Origin: an uncultured delta proteobacterium
Lineage (GTDB): Bacteria; Myxococcota_A; Polyangia; Polyangiales; Polyangiaceae
Assembly: GCA_963782055.1 (NCBI GenBank)
Contig: CAWAIF010000003.1
Location: 5,408,001-5,472,000 of the forward strand
Direction: 5' to 3'
DNA: 64,000 bases
The first letter of the stretch is position 1. Every line of letters starts with the position of its first letter. This document shows positions 34,132 through 44,325 of this stretch, piece after piece. The notes beneath the pieces were generated by a model. The model was not told the DNA's origin, ran no database searches, and saw only the letters and a program-made list of their open reading frames with translations. Made by a program: the position numbers and the translations under genes.

Positions 34132-37076
34132 CGCAACAGGCCCTCCGCGTAGCGCTTGATGGCGTCCTTCTGCTTGGCCGACGAGGCGCGGCCCAGCCCG
34201 TCGATCACGCGGCGGCGGAAGTCCTCCGGGCCCTTGTGCTGATCGGGGTTGGGGATGTCGGCGTGACCGCCGGCGGTGTCGTGTCCGTCGTCGGCGTCGT
34301 CCTGGCCGCTCTGCTGGCCCTCGTCCTGCCCGAGCGCCTGCTTGGCCAGCTCCAGCTTGTGCTGCGCGTCGCGCTGCCGGGCGAGACCCTCGTCCGCGTC
34401 GCCGCGCTGCAGCGCCTGCGCCGCCTCGCGCTGCGCCTCCTCCGCGCTCTCCAGCGCGTCCACGGCCGGCTCCGGGAGCGAGCCCTTGTCGCGCGCCTTG
34501 TCCGCGAGCTTGTGCGTGCGCTCGGCGAGCTCCGCCTCGCCCTGGCCGTCCTTCTGCAGATCGCCGGCGGCGCGCTCCGACGCGCGCTTGCGCATCTGCG
34601 CGAGCTGCTGCTCCGCCCACGCCACCTCTGGCTCCAGCTTGCGCTTGGCGTCGTCCAGGCGCTTCTGCGAGCCGTCGTCCGTCTCGTCGAAGGACTCCCA
34701 GCGCTGGCGCGCGGCGATGCGCTTCGCCTCGTCGAGGGCCTGCAGGGCGTCCCGCCCGCTCTGCACCGCGTTGGCGGCGTTGCCCTGCTCGAGCGATCGC
34801 GCCATCTGCTCGGCGTGCTCGCGCGCCGCGGCGCCCTTGCTCGTCCACGAGTCGCTGCCCGCGCCGACCGTCGGCATGCCGGCGGTGGCCTCGCGCACCG
34901 CCTTCGCGTGGGACTTCGCCTCGTCGCGGAAGTGCTGCACGTCCTCGGCGCTGGACGCCTGGCTGAGCGCCTGCTCCACCTTGCCCATCTGGCCGGCGTG
35001 GTCCTGCGTGAGCTGCTCCAGGTCCTGCGCGGCCTCGTTGAAGGCGCGCTCGGCCTCGCTGCTCTCGCCATCGTCGCCCTGCATCGGCGTGCCGCGGCCG
35101 CCGCCGGACTCCCCGCCCGCCCTGCCGCGCCCGCCCTTGGCGCCGAAGGAGGCCTCAGGCTTGTGCAGGCGCGCGGCGAGGTCGCGCGAGGCCAGCTCCG
35201 CGTGGGGGAAGTCGGCGGCGGCGCGGCCGCGCTGCACGCGCAGCAGGGCGGCGGTGATGGCGCCGCCGAGGTCGCGGCCGAGGGAGCCGAGCTGGTGGAG
35301 TTGTTTGGAGCCCCCCTGCAGCACCAGGACCGCCGCATCGACGCGCTGCATGCCGCGCGCTGTCTCGTCGCCGCCGCGCTGGATCTGCGAGAAGCCGAGG
35401 GCGAGATCGTCGGCCACGTCGGCGAGCTGGCGGCCGGCCTCGCGCGCGTCGCGCAGGGCGGTGCCGCGCAGGATGCCGTCGATCACCAGCACCATCGTCT
35501 CGGTCGCCTTGCGCAGGGCGGCGTGCGAGGCGCCGCTCGGCGCGCGCAGCTCCGCCTCCAGCCGGCCCTCCAGCTTGTGCTCCTGGCCGCGCAGCAGGGC
35601 GGCGAGGCGCGCCGGCACGTGGATGCCGCCGTAGGCATCGGCGAGGGTGTGGTCGAGCTGCTCGGAGGCGTCGTCCCCGCCGCGCTTCTCCTCGTCCAGG
35701 AACTTCTTGCGGTCGGCGGCGGCGGGCGGGACGCCGTGGGCGATGCGCCAGGCGAGCACGTCCACGTAGGTGTCGCGCAGCGCGCGCAGCGCGGCCATGC
35801 GCAGCGCCTGCGACTCGCCGACGTCGGGCGGGATGAGGGTGATGGCGGGGCTCGCGCCCCACTTGGGGCCGGTGATGGGGTCGTTGTCCTTGGCCTCCAC
35901 GCGCACCTCGATGGGGGCGTGGCTGCGGCGCAGAAAGCTGTCGGTCGCGCGGAGCATGGATCCGCCGCGGTCGACGCGCGTCTCGCCGTCCAGGCGGGCG
36001 AGCACGCGCCGCACCTCGCGCGTGCCGCAGCGCAGGACCAGGTGCACCTCCCGCAGGCCGTGATCGTCGTGCGCCTCGTACTTGATGGGGATGTCGGCGC
36101 CCGCGTTCTCCGCCAGGACGATGCGCTTCGGCGCGCCCTCCAGGGTGACCACCGGCGCCTCGTCGGGGATGGAGTTGACGAGGGTGTGGTCGGCGTCCTC
36201 GATCACGACGTCGCCGAAGCGCGCCACCACGCGCAGCTCGGCCGAGCCCTGCAGCGGCCAGCGGGCGACGACGCGGCCGGCGCCGTCATCGACGAAGGGC
36301 ACCTCGCTCTTGCCATCGGACAGGGCGATGCGGCGCCCGGCGTGCGCCGGCGTGCCACGAAAGGTGATGAGCGTGCCACGGTGCAGCCGCAGCGGGTGGT
36401 AGGGCAGGTAGCTCGTCGGCTCCAGGTGGAGGTAGTCCGGCGGGCGCGCGGACAGGTCCATCCCGTCCACCCAGCGCATGCCGACGGGCGCCACGCCGTG
36501 GCGGGCGAAGAGCACGTCGGCGCCCTCGATCACGCCCCACGCGTGGCTGCCGCCGACGAGCAGCGTAAGCACGACGAGCACCAGCGTCGCGATGTTGGTG
36601 TTGCGCGCGAGGTGGTCGGCGCCGGCGGCGATGCGGTCCTGCGGCAGGGCGCCGAGCTGCCGCGCGACGTGCAGCCGCGCGAGGACGACCGAGGCGCCGT
36701 CGTCGACGGCGTTGCCCTCGTCGTCGAGCAGGTCCAGGGCGCGCAGGGCGCGGGCCGCTCCCTCCGGCTCGACGCGGCCGAGCAGGCGCTGGATGATGGC
36801 GCGCGGGTCCGCCCAGATGCGACGCTCCCGCCAGGTGAGGGCGGCGAGCGCGAGGACCGCCCCGCCGAGGACCGCCCCTCCGCCCACGCGCGCGCGGAGG
36901 GTGCCCTGCCGGGCGAGGAGCATCGCCACGACGAAGAGGAAGGCGAAGCCAGCCAGCACGACGCGGCGGCGCGGGCCGCGCATCGTCTCGCGCCACACCA
37001 GGACGAGGTGGTCGAGCGCCTCGCCGATGAAGCGCTTGGTGCTCGGCTTCTTCCTCTTGCGCGGGCGCCTCACCAC
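34128..37076 (-). CDS. DUF4175-like membrane/coiled-coil protein
   Basis: N-terminal TMs, PPDY, DEAPVV, AHDDHGL, EAKDND...GPKWG, long Gln/Ala helical tail ending YAEGLLR. Confidence 0.75.
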   Translation of the reverse strand: MVRRPRKRKKPSTKRFIGEALDHLVLVWRETMRGPRRRVVLAGFAFLFVVAMLLARQGTLRARVGGGAVLGGAVLALAALTWRERRIWADPRAIIQRLLGRVEPEGAARALRALDLLDDEGNAVDDGASVVLARLHVARQLGALPQDRIAAGADHLARNTNIATLVLVVLTLLVGGSHAWGVIEGADVLFARHGVAPVGMRWVDGMDLSARPPDYLHLEPTSYLPYHPLRLHRGTLITFRGTPAHAGRRIALSDGKSEVPFVDDGAGRVVARWPLQGSAELRVVARFGDVVIEDADHTLVNSIPDEAPVVTLEGAPKRIVLAENAGADIPIKYEAHDDHGLREVHLVLRCGTREVRRVLARLDGETRVDRGGSMLRATDSFLRRSHAPIEVRVEAKDNDPITGPKWGASPAITLIPPDVGESQALRMAALRALRDTYVDVLAWRIAHGVPPAAADRKKFLDEEKRGGDDASEQLDHTLADAYGGIHVPARLAALLRGQEHKLEGRLEAELRAPSGASHAALRKATETMVLVIDGILRGTALRDAREAGRQLADVADDLALGFSQIQRGGDETARGMQRVDAAVLVLQGGSKQLHQLGSLGRDLGGAITAALLRVQRGRAAADFPHAELASRDLAARLHKPEASFGAKGGRGRAGGESGGGRGTPMQGDDGESSEAERAFNEAAQDLEQLTQDHAGQMGKVEQALSQASSAEDVQHFRDEAKSHAKAVREATAGMPTVGAGSDSWTSKGAAAREHAEQMARSLEQGNAANAVQSGRDALQALDEAKRIAARQRWESFDETDDGSQKRLDDAKRKLEPEVAWAEQQLAQMRKRASERAAGDLQKDGQGEAELAERTHKLADKARDKGSLPEPAVDALESAEEAQREAAQALQRGDADEGLARQRDAQHKLELAKQALGQDEGQQSGQDDADDGHDTAGGHADIPNPDQHKGPEDFRRRVIDGLGRASSAKQKDAIKRYAEGLLR

Positions 37077-37127
37077 GCAGGGACGTTAGCACGTGCGCGC
37101 GACGCTGCCGTCGAGGCGGCGCCGGCG

Positions 37128-38714
37128 TCAGTGCTGAGGCGGAGGCTGGCCGAAGCCCGGGATCTGCGGGATCTGGAAGCTGGGGATGGGGAAGGCGCCG
37201 CCGTCTGCCCCGGGGAGCGACGGGATCTGGAAGCCGCTCGGGAAGGGCGGGAAGGGGGCGGTCGTCGTCCCGGCGTCGGGCCTGGCGGCGCCGGCGTCCT
37301 TCGCCGCTGTGGGGCCCACCGGATGGGGCGCGACGTACGTCTGACCCGCGCCGGTGTGGGAGAGCGGGGCGAGGGGGTCGATCGCGCCGCCGGCCGTCGT
37401 CGAGGCCTGCGCCGTGGCAGCCACGGTGCCGGACGCGGTGGGCTGCGTGGCGGTGGCGGGCGGCGTGTCGGTGGTGCCGCCGCCGGAGTCGCCCTGCGAG
37501 CTGACCACCGCGACGGTGATGCCCGCGCCCACGAGCAGAGGGATCACGACCACCGCGATCCAGATGCCGTTGCCGCGGCGGCGCCTTCCCGCGCGCGGCG
37601 GGGGCGCCTCCGGGTAGGACGGCGCGTACGGCGCGGGGCCGGGCATCATCCCGGGCATCGGCGGGCTGAAGGCGCTCGGGTCGATGGGCGGTCCGCCGCG
37701 CTGCGTGGTGGGCGCGGCGGGGATGGCGTCCAGCGCGGCGGCGCCGGGCACGACGGGCGACGCCGGCGGCGCGCTCATCGCGGCGGAGATCTCCGGGGAC
37801 GGCGGCCCGGCCTTCGCCGTCGCGGCGAAGCTCATGGGCGCGGGGATGGGCACCGGCTGGCCCTGCGCCACCGCCTCCAGCCCGAGGCGCATCTCGGTCG
37901 CGGTGGGGAATCGCATCTCCGGCCGCGGAGCCATCGCGCGGTGCACCAGCCCGGCCAGCGGGGGCGGCACCTCCGGCGCGGCGCTCACCAGCGGCGTCAC
38001 CTCCCCGCGCTCCACCTTGGCGGCGATGGCGCGCGGGTCGTCGCCGAGCACGGGTCGCGTGCCGCAGAGCATCTCGTAGAGCATCACCCCGACGGCGTAG
38101 ATGTCGGAGCGCGCGTCGGCCTGCGCGGCGGAGAAGGCCTGCTCCGGCGCCATGTACTCGGCGGTCCCCATGGTGATGCCGGCGAGCGTGAGGCTGGCCG
38201 CGCCCTCCCGCTTGACCTTGGCGATGCCGAAGTCGATGAGCTTGAGCACCGGCTTGCCCGCCGCGAAGGTGACGAAGACGTTCTCCGGCTTGAGGTCGCG
38301 GTGCACCACGCCCAGCGCGTGCGCCGCCTCCAGCGCCTCGAGGATCTGGCGGCCGTAGTCCACGGCCGTCGCGACCGGCAGCTTCTTCTCCCGGTCGAGC
38401 AGGGCCAGGAGCGTCTCGCCCTCCAGCAGCTCCATCACCATGTAGGCGTCGCCTTCGGGCGCCTGGTCCACGTCGATCACCTGGCAGACGTGCGGGCTCT
38501 TGATCTGCGCGGAAACGCGCGCCTCCTGCAGGAAGCGCTCGACGATCCCCGGGCGCCGCGCGAGGTCGGCGTGCATCACCTTGATGGCGAAGCGGGTGCC
38601 GAGGCGCTCGTGCACGGCCTCGTAGACGGCGCCCATCCCCCCGTCCCCGAGCGGGCGGAGCAGCCGGTACTTCCCTGCGAGGATGTGGCCGATGGTGACG
38701 GGCAAGAGGCTCAC
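37128..38714 (-). CDS. Hanks-type Ser/Thr protein kinase with TM helix
   Basis: LGDGGMGAVY, AIK, HRDLKPEN, DFG, YMAPE, SDIYAVG; TM IWIAVVVIPLLVGAG. Confidence 0.95.
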   Translation of the reverse strand: MSLLPVTIGHILAGKYRLLRPLGDGGMGAVYEAVHERLGTRFAIKVMHADLARRPGIVERFLQEARVSAQIKSPHVCQVIDVDQAPEGDAYMVMELLEGETLLALLDREKKLPVATAVDYGRQILEALEAAHALGVVHRDLKPENVFVTFAAGKPVLKLIDFGIAKVKREGAASLTLAGITMGTAEYMAPEQAFSAAQADARSDIYAVGVMLYEMLCGTRPVLGDDPRAIAAKVERGEVTPLVSAAPEVPPPLAGLVHRAMAPRPEMRFPTATEMRLGLEAVAQGQPVPIPAPMSFAATAKAGPPSPEISAAMSAPPASPVVPGAAALDAIPAAPTTQRGGPPIDPSAFSPPMPGMMPGPAPYAPSYPEAPPPRAGRRRRGNGIWIAVVVIPLLVGAGITVAVVSSQGDSGGGTTDTPPATATQPTASGTVAATAQASTTAGGAIDPLAPLSHTGAGQTYVAPHPVGPTAAKDAGAARPDAGTTTAPFPPFPSGFQIPSLPGADGGAFPIPSFQIPQIPGFGQPPPQH

Positions 38715-38818
38715 TGGCTCTTACCATCCATGCGATCCCGAGGCACCATGATGCAGAGCGTCGGCCGAAATGAGGCCTTGCCATCGCCCCGCTGTCCTGG
38801 AAAGAAGGAGGCTCGACC

Positions 38819-39820
38819 ATGGATCACCGCGCGACCATCCTGGGTGTCGGCCACCACGTCCCGAGCAAGGTCGTCACCAACGACGACCTCGCCAAGCTCA
38901 TGAGCACGTCCGACGAGTGGATCGTGCAGCGCACCGGCATCAAGGAGCGCCGCTACATCGAGCACTCCGGCATCGGTCCGAGCGACCTCGCGGTGCCCGC
39001 GACGAAGATGGCGCTGGAGCACGCGGGCCTGGAGGTCGGCCAGATCGACGCCATCGTCTTCGCGACGCTCTCGCCCGACCACAACTTCCCCGGCGCCGGC
39101 TGCTTCCTCGGGGAGAAGCTGGGCCTGCCCGGCGTGCCGGCGCTGGACGTGCGCAACCAGTGCTCCGGCTTCCTCTACGGGCTCTCCGTCGCCGACGCGT
39201 GGGTGCGCGCGGGCGTCTACAACCACGTGCTGCTCGTCGGCTCGGAGGTGCACTCCACCGGCGTGGAGTTCACCGACCGCGGGCGCGACGTGGCGGTGCT
39301 CTTCGGCGACGGCGCCGGCGCGGCGATCATCGGTCGCGCGCAGCACGAGGAGCAGGGCATCAAGGCGCTGCGCCTCCACGCCGACGGCTCCGGCGCCAAG
39401 GATCTCTGGGTGGAGGCGCCCGCGTCCAACCACATCCCGCGCCTCACGCACGAGATGCTGGACGAGGGCAAGCACTTCCCGGCGATGAACGGCAAGCAGG
39501 TCTTCCGCTGGGCCACCGAGAAGATGCCGGAGGTCACGCGCGAGGTCCTGGCGGAGGCCGGCATGACGGTGGCCGACATCGACCTCTTCGTGCCGCACCA
39601 GGCGAACATGCGCATCAACCAGCTGGTGGGTCAGAAGCTCGGCATCCCCGAGGAGAAGACGGTCCACAACATCCAGAAGTACGGCAACACCACCGCCGCG
39701 ACGCTCCCGCTCGGCCTCTCCGAGGCGTGGCGCGAGGGCCGGTGCAAGCGCGGGTCGAACGTGCTGATGGCGGCCTTCGGCAGCGGCTACACCTGGGCCG
39801 GCGCGGTCATCACGCTCTGA
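38819..39820 (+). CDS. fabH: Beta-ketoacyl-ACP synthase III
   Basis: WIVQRTGI, QCSGF, LFGDGAGA, PHQAN, YGNT, FGSGYTW. Confidence 0.9.
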   Translation: MDHRATILGVGHHVPSKVVTNDDLAKLMSTSDEWIVQRTGIKERRYIEHSGIGPSDLAVPATKMALEHAGLEVGQIDAIVFATLSPDHNFPGAGCFLGEKLGLPGVPALDVRNQCSGFLYGLSVADAWVRAGVYNHVLLVGSEVHSTGVEFTDRGRDVAVLFGDGAGAAIIGRAQHEEQGIKALRLHADGSGAKDLWVEAPASNHIPRLTHEMLDEGKHFPAMNGKQVFRWATEKMPEVTREVLAEAGMTVADIDLFVPHQANMRINQLVGQKLGIPEEKTVHNIQKYGNTTAATLPLGLSEAWREGRCKRGSNVLMAAFGSGYTWAGAVITL

Positions 39821-39889
39821 CTCCGCTTCTTTCCCCGCTGCCGCGGAGCGCCGCGCGCGGCGGGTGGGTCAGGGCGATGCCGGGGGAGG

Positions 39890-40978
39890 TCAGGCCGCCT
39901 CGCGGATGCGCAGGATCTCGTTGACCGCCTCGGCGTCGTCGATGGCGCTGAAGACGGGGAGCAGCGTGTCGCGGTCGCCCTGCTCGCCGAAGGCGCCGCT
40001 GGGCGCGAGGGCGCGGGCCTGCGGGCCGTCCAGCACGAGGAACACGTCCTCGTGGCTGCGGTTGCGCGCCGAGATGACGTACGCGATGCGCGAGCAATCC
40101 AGGTGCAGCTCCTCCCGGCCGCGGCGGATGAGCACGCGCCTGTCGGTCACGAAGTAGCGTGTCTGCCTCTTGAGACGGAGCGGGCGCACCAGCGCCCAGT
40201 AGCCCACGCCGGCCGCCGCCGCCGTCACCAACAGCGTGGCGAGGGCGACGCCCGCGACCAGCACGGCCGAGAGCGACGCGGAGAGCGCGTGCGCGCCGAC
40301 CACGCGCACCAGCGCGGGCACGGCCCGGGCGATCATGTGGAGCGCGGCGCCGAAGAGGAAGAGGGACACCACGGCGGTGAGCACGCGCCGCAGCGTCCAC
40401 GGGGAGCTCATGGGGATGGCGCTCCAGAGCACGCGCTCGCCCTCATCCAGGCGCTGGGCGAGCGGGCGATCGCCGTCGCCCTGCGGGGCGGAGGGGGCGA
40501 CGCCGCGCACGAGGGCCCAGAGCATGTCTGGCGCGCGCACGGCGCCGAGGCTCAGGCTCAGCGTGCGCCGGAGCGCGCCTGTCGGGACCGCGCGCACGAG
40601 CACCAGATCGCCCACGCCGGGCGCGCGCTCGTCCCAGCGGATGCGCGCGTAGCTGATGGTGCCACGATCGATGCTGCGGCGGAGCCGGCCGCGCCGCCAG
40701 ATGACGTGCCGCTCGGTCACCAGGTACTCGAGACGCGACTGCCACACGAGCGGCAGCCGCCACGCGCCCACGGCGAGCGTCGCGCACCAGGCGGCGAAGA
40801 CCAGCATGCCGCCGGCGTCCGCGCCGAGGGCGCGCGCGAGGACGAGCGCGAAGAGCAGGGAGACGACGGCCATGCCCGCGGCGGCGAAGGCGATGGCCCG
40901 GTACACCGGCGGCGTGCGGAGCGCCTCCGGACGACCAGACCAGAGGACCTTCTCTCCGTAGAGCGAATCGCGCGCCAT
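39890..40978 (-). CDS. Membrane protein with two tandem bacterial PH-like modules
   Basis: Two repeats of E.VLWS..P - 2 TM - Y.VT.R.V..RRG...I.Y. Confidence 0.7.
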   Translation of the reverse strand: MARDSLYGEKVLWSGRPEALRTPPVYRAIAFAAAGMAVVSLLFALVLARALGADAGGMLVFAAWCATLAVGAWRLPLVWQSRLEYLVTERHVIWRRGRLRRSIDRGTISYARIRWDERAPGVGDLVLVRAVPTGALRRTLSLSLGAVRAPDMLWALVRGVAPSAPQGDGDRPLAQRLDEGERVLWSAIPMSSPWTLRRVLTAVVSLFLFGAALHMIARAVPALVRVVGAHALSASLSAVLVAGVALATLLVTAAAAGVGYWALVRPLRLKRQTRYFVTDRRVLIRRGREELHLDCSRIAYVISARNRSHEDVFLVLDGPQARALAPSGAFGEQGDRDTLLPVFSAIDDAEAVNEILRIREAA

Positions 40979-41103
40979 GTGCCGGAAAACCCTTACCTTC
41001 AAGGTGCGGCCGAGGTGCCCGCGTGTCCAGCCCTCTCGCGGCATCCGTATCCGACATGGACGCCCCAGGTGCGCGTGCCCTTGGGTGAGCGGCTACCCCT
41101 GGC

Positions 41104-43284
41104 TCAGCCGATGGAGCTCGCCAGCGACCAGAGGACGCGCCGCAGCTCGGCCGGGCTGCGGACGCGGTAGGTCGCGCGGCTCCGCCCGAGGCCCACGTGG
41201 ATGGAGACGGCGTCCTCCGGGAGGGCGGCGAACATGTCCTCGTCGGTGCGGTCATCCCCGGCGCAGAGGATCGCCCCGGCCTCGTGGCGGGCGGTGAGGA
41301 TGGACTGGACGGCGGCGCCCTTGTTCACGCCGTGCAGGCGCACCTCCAGCACCTTGCTGCCCTCCAGCAGCTCGTACTGGGAGGCCTCGGGGAGCTCCAC
41401 CAGGCGGGTGCGGAGCTCACGGAGGCGCGTCTGCGCGAGCTGCGGCTCCGTCGCGCGGTAGTGCCAGGCCACCCCCGCCGTCTTGTCCTCGATCATGCTG
41501 CCGTCGGTGCGGGAGGTGACGTCCTCCAGCACGAGACGCACCGCCTCCTTCCACTCCAGCGAGGCTTCGGTGATGCAGGTCCAGGGGGCGCCGGGGCCGG
41601 TGCGCTCCCAGTACCCGTGCTCGGTGTGCAGGCCGACGGGCAGCTCCTCGAACCAGCGCTCCACCGACTCGCGCGAGCGGCCGGTGACGATGTGCACCCG
41701 CGCGCGGGGCAGCGCCGCGAGGTGGCGCACCAGGGCGAGGAGATCGGCGTCGGGCATGGCCAGGTCGGGGGTCGGGGCGAAGGGGACCAGGGTGCCGTCG
41801 TAGTCCAGGATGAAGGTGGTGGTGGGCGCCTCGGCGAAGCCCGCCAGCGCCTCGACCACCTCGTCGACGATGGGCGCCTGGCTCAGCACCTCCCCCGTGC
41901 CGGCGAGATCCTTCAAAAAGCTCTGCGTCCAGCGCTTGACGTCGTGGCGCTGCACACGGTCGCGCAGCTTCGCCATGCGCACGCGCTTCTCCGCGACGGG
42001 CATGTTGACGGCCTGCCGCACGGCGTAGGCGACGGCGTCGAGGTCGAAGGGGTTGACCAGCAGCGACTCGCGCAGCTCCGTCGCGGCGCCGGCGAACTCG
42101 CTGAGGATCAGGACGCCCTCGCCATCCACGCAGCAGGCCACGTACTCCTTGGCGACCAGGTTCATGCCGTCGCGCAGGGGGGTGACCAGCATCACGTCGG
42201 CGGCGGAGTACAGGGCCACCAGCTCGTCGCTGGAGACGGACCTGTACAGGAGGTGGATGGGCACCGAGGTCCCGGTGCCGTACTGCCCGTTCACGCGACC
42301 GACGAGCTCGTTCACCTCACGCCGGTAGGCGGCGTAGCTCTCCACGCGCGAGCGGGTCGGCACCGCGAGCTGGATGAAGTGCAGCTTCTCCCGCGCGGAG
42401 GGCTCGCGCTCGAGGAAGCGCTCGATGGCGGCGATGCGCCGCAGGATGCCCTTGGTGTAATCCAGGCGATCCACGCCGAGGACGATCGTCTTGTCCCGCG
42501 CCAGCTCGCGGATGCGCTTCGCCTCGACCTGGACGTCCTCCGACCGGGCGAGCGCCTCGAACTCGGCGGTGTCGATGCTGATCGGATACGCGCCGACGCG
42601 GACGGTGCGCTCCTCGTACTGCACGGTATCCAGCGTGGGCTCCATGCCGAGGAGCTGCGCCGCGCTGTAGGTGAAGTGGTAGGCGTCCGACGCCGTCTGG
42701 AAGCCGACGACGTCGGCCCCGAGCAAGCCCTTCAGGATCTCCTCGCGCCAGGGCAGGATGCGGAAGACCTCTGCCGCGGGGAAGGGGATGTGGAGGAAGA
42801 AGCCGATGCGCGCGGAGGGGAGGCGCGCGCGCAGCAGGCCCGGCAGCAGGGCGAGCTGGTAGTCGTGAATCCAGATGCGGTCCCCGGGGACGTACTGCGC
42901 GACGACGGCGTCGGCGAAGCGCTCGTTGATCTGGCGGTAGACGAGCCAGTCACGCTGGGCGTCGACGCGGACCTTGTCGAGCAGGTAGTGGCAGAGCGGC
43001 CAGAGCACGCCGTTGGCGAAGCCGTCGTAGTAGCGGGCGATCTCGCCCTGCGTGATGTAGACGGGCACCGCCCGCATCGCCTCCAGCTCGGCCGCGATCT
43101 TGCGGCGAACCGGCTCGGGCTGGCGGGTGATGTCGCCGGGCCAGCCTATCCACCGGCTCTCGCCGTCGGAGTGGACGCTGCGGAGCGCCGTCGCCAGGCC
43201 GCCGGAGGAGCGCACCAGCCGCACGTCCCCGTGCTCCGCATGGAGCGTGACGGGCAGGCGATTGGAGACGATGAGCGTGCGCAT
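41104..43284 (-). CDS. otsAB: Bifunctional trehalose-6-phosphate synthase/phosphatase (OtsA-OtsB fusion)
   Basis: VSNRLP, GGLA, WIHDYQL, GFFLHIPFP, DRLDYTKG, DGMNLVAKEY; HAD motifs DYDGTL and GDDRTDEDMF. Confidence 0.95.
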   Translation of the reverse strand: MRTLIVSNRLPVTLHAEHGDVRLVRSSGGLATALRSVHSDGESRWIGWPGDITRQPEPVRRKIAAELEAMRAVPVYITQGEIARYYDGFANGVLWPLCHYLLDKVRVDAQRDWLVYRQINERFADAVVAQYVPGDRIWIHDYQLALLPGLLRARLPSARIGFFLHIPFPAAEVFRILPWREEILKGLLGADVVGFQTASDAYHFTYSAAQLLGMEPTLDTVQYEERTVRVGAYPISIDTAEFEALARSEDVQVEAKRIRELARDKTIVLGVDRLDYTKGILRRIAAIERFLEREPSAREKLHFIQLAVPTRSRVESYAAYRREVNELVGRVNGQYGTGTSVPIHLLYRSVSSDELVALYSAADVMLVTPLRDGMNLVAKEYVACCVDGEGVLILSEFAGAATELRESLLVNPFDLDAVAYAVRQAVNMPVAEKRVRMAKLRDRVQRHDVKRWTQSFLKDLAGTGEVLSQAPIVDEVVEALAGFAEAPTTTFILDYDGTLVPFAPTPDLAMPDADLLALVRHLAALPRARVHIVTGRSRESVERWFEELPVGLHTEHGYWERTGPGAPWTCITEASLEWKEAVRLVLEDVTSRTDGSMIEDKTAGVAWHYRATEPQLAQTRLRELRTRLVELPEASQYELLEGSKVLEVRLHGVNKGAAVQSILTARHEAGAILCAGDDRTDEDMFAALPEDAVSIHVGLGRSRATYRVRSPAELRRVLWSLASSIG

Positions 43285-43341
43285 GGTGGTTGGAGTTCCA
43301 ACGGAGGCCGACCAAGGTTATGCACTCTGAGGCGAGGTCGC

Positions 43342-44325
43342 TCAAGCAGGAAAGGCCCGCGGGGCGTTTCTTCTCGCGGCGCCGCGCGCGCGCGCGGATC
43401 GCACGAGCTCGGCGCAGAGCGCGACGAAATCCAGGCCCGCCGCGCGCGCGGCCTCCGGGTAGAGGCTCGTCGGCGTCATACCTGGCATCGTGTTCACCTC
43501 CAGGAGAACAAGGGCATCGGGGTCCTCACGATCGCCTACCACGAAGTCGGCGCGCGAGAGGTCGCGGCACCCGAGCGTTCGGTGTGCGGCGACGGCGGCG
43601 GCGTGCACCCGACGCTCCATCGCGCTCCCGAGGACCGCCGGGCAGGTGTGCACGCTGCGGCCGGGCGCGTAGCGCGCCTCGTAGGTGTAAAACGCATCGT
43701 TCGGCGAGGCAATCTCGGTGGCGGCGAGGGCGCGCGCGCCCTCCCCGTTCACGTCCAGCACCGAGCACGTCACCTCCCGACCGGCGGCGAAGTGCTCCAC
43801 CACCGCCACCTCGTCCAGCGCCCACGCCTCCTCCAGCGCGCGCGCGACCTCGACGTCGCTCGCGCCGTCCAGCCGCGCCACGCCGATGGCGGAGCCGCTC
43901 CGGCTCGGCTTCACGACGACGCGCGCGCCCAGCGCGGCGCGCACGCGTCCGGCGGCCTCGAGCGCGTCCCCTCCCCTCGCGAGCGCGAGGCCGCGCGCGA
44001 CCGGCAGGCCCTCGGCGGCGAGCACGCGGCGCGCCATCGCCTTGTCCATCGCCAGCGCGCTGGCGAGCACGCCGGAGCCGACGTACGGCAGCCCCAGCAC
44101 CTCCAGCAGCCCCTGGAGCGAGCCGTCCTCCCCCACCTCGCCGTGCACCGCCGGGAAGACGACGTCGAAGTCGCCCTCGCGCAGCGCCTCCGCGACGCGC
44201 GCGTCCAGCTCCAGCAGGGTCACCTCCTCGCCGCCCTGCCGCAGCGCGCCGGCGACGCCCGCGGCCGACGCGCGGCTGACCTCCGCCTCCGACGAAGGCC
44301 CCCCCTGGACGACGGCGACCTTCAT
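43342..44325 (-). CDS. ddl: D-alanine--D-alanine ligase
   Basis: GGPSSEAEVS, HGEVGEDG, MDK, VVKP, FYTYEARY, EVNTMPGMT. Confidence 0.9.
   Translation of the reverse strand: MKVAVVQGGPSSEAEVSRASAAGVAGALRQGGEEVTLLELDARVAEALREGDFDVVFPAVHGEVGEDGSLQGLLEVLGLPYVGSGVLASALAMDKAMARRVLAAEGLPVARGLALARGGDALEAAGRVRAALGARVVVKPSRSGSAIGVARLDGASDVEVARALEEAWALDEVAVVEHFAAGREVTCSVLDVNGEGARALAATEIASPNDAFYTYEARYAPGRSVHTCPAVLGSAMERRVHAAAVAAHRTLGCRDLSRADFVVGDREDPDALVLLEVNTMPGMTPTSLYPEAARAAGLDFVALCAELVRSARARGAARRNAPRAFPA

Noticed and set aside
34236..38903. Very long antisense or alternative-frame ORFs (e.g. 1555 aa here; also 48179-52687, 41197-44400, 19760-22345)
   Set aside because: Shadow ORFs expected at very high GC. 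They overlap well-supported genes and carry no recognisable motifs.
43342..44325. Van-type D-Ala-D-Lac ligase
   Set aside because: The omega loop retains Tyr (FYTYEARY) and there are no vanH/vanX neighbours.
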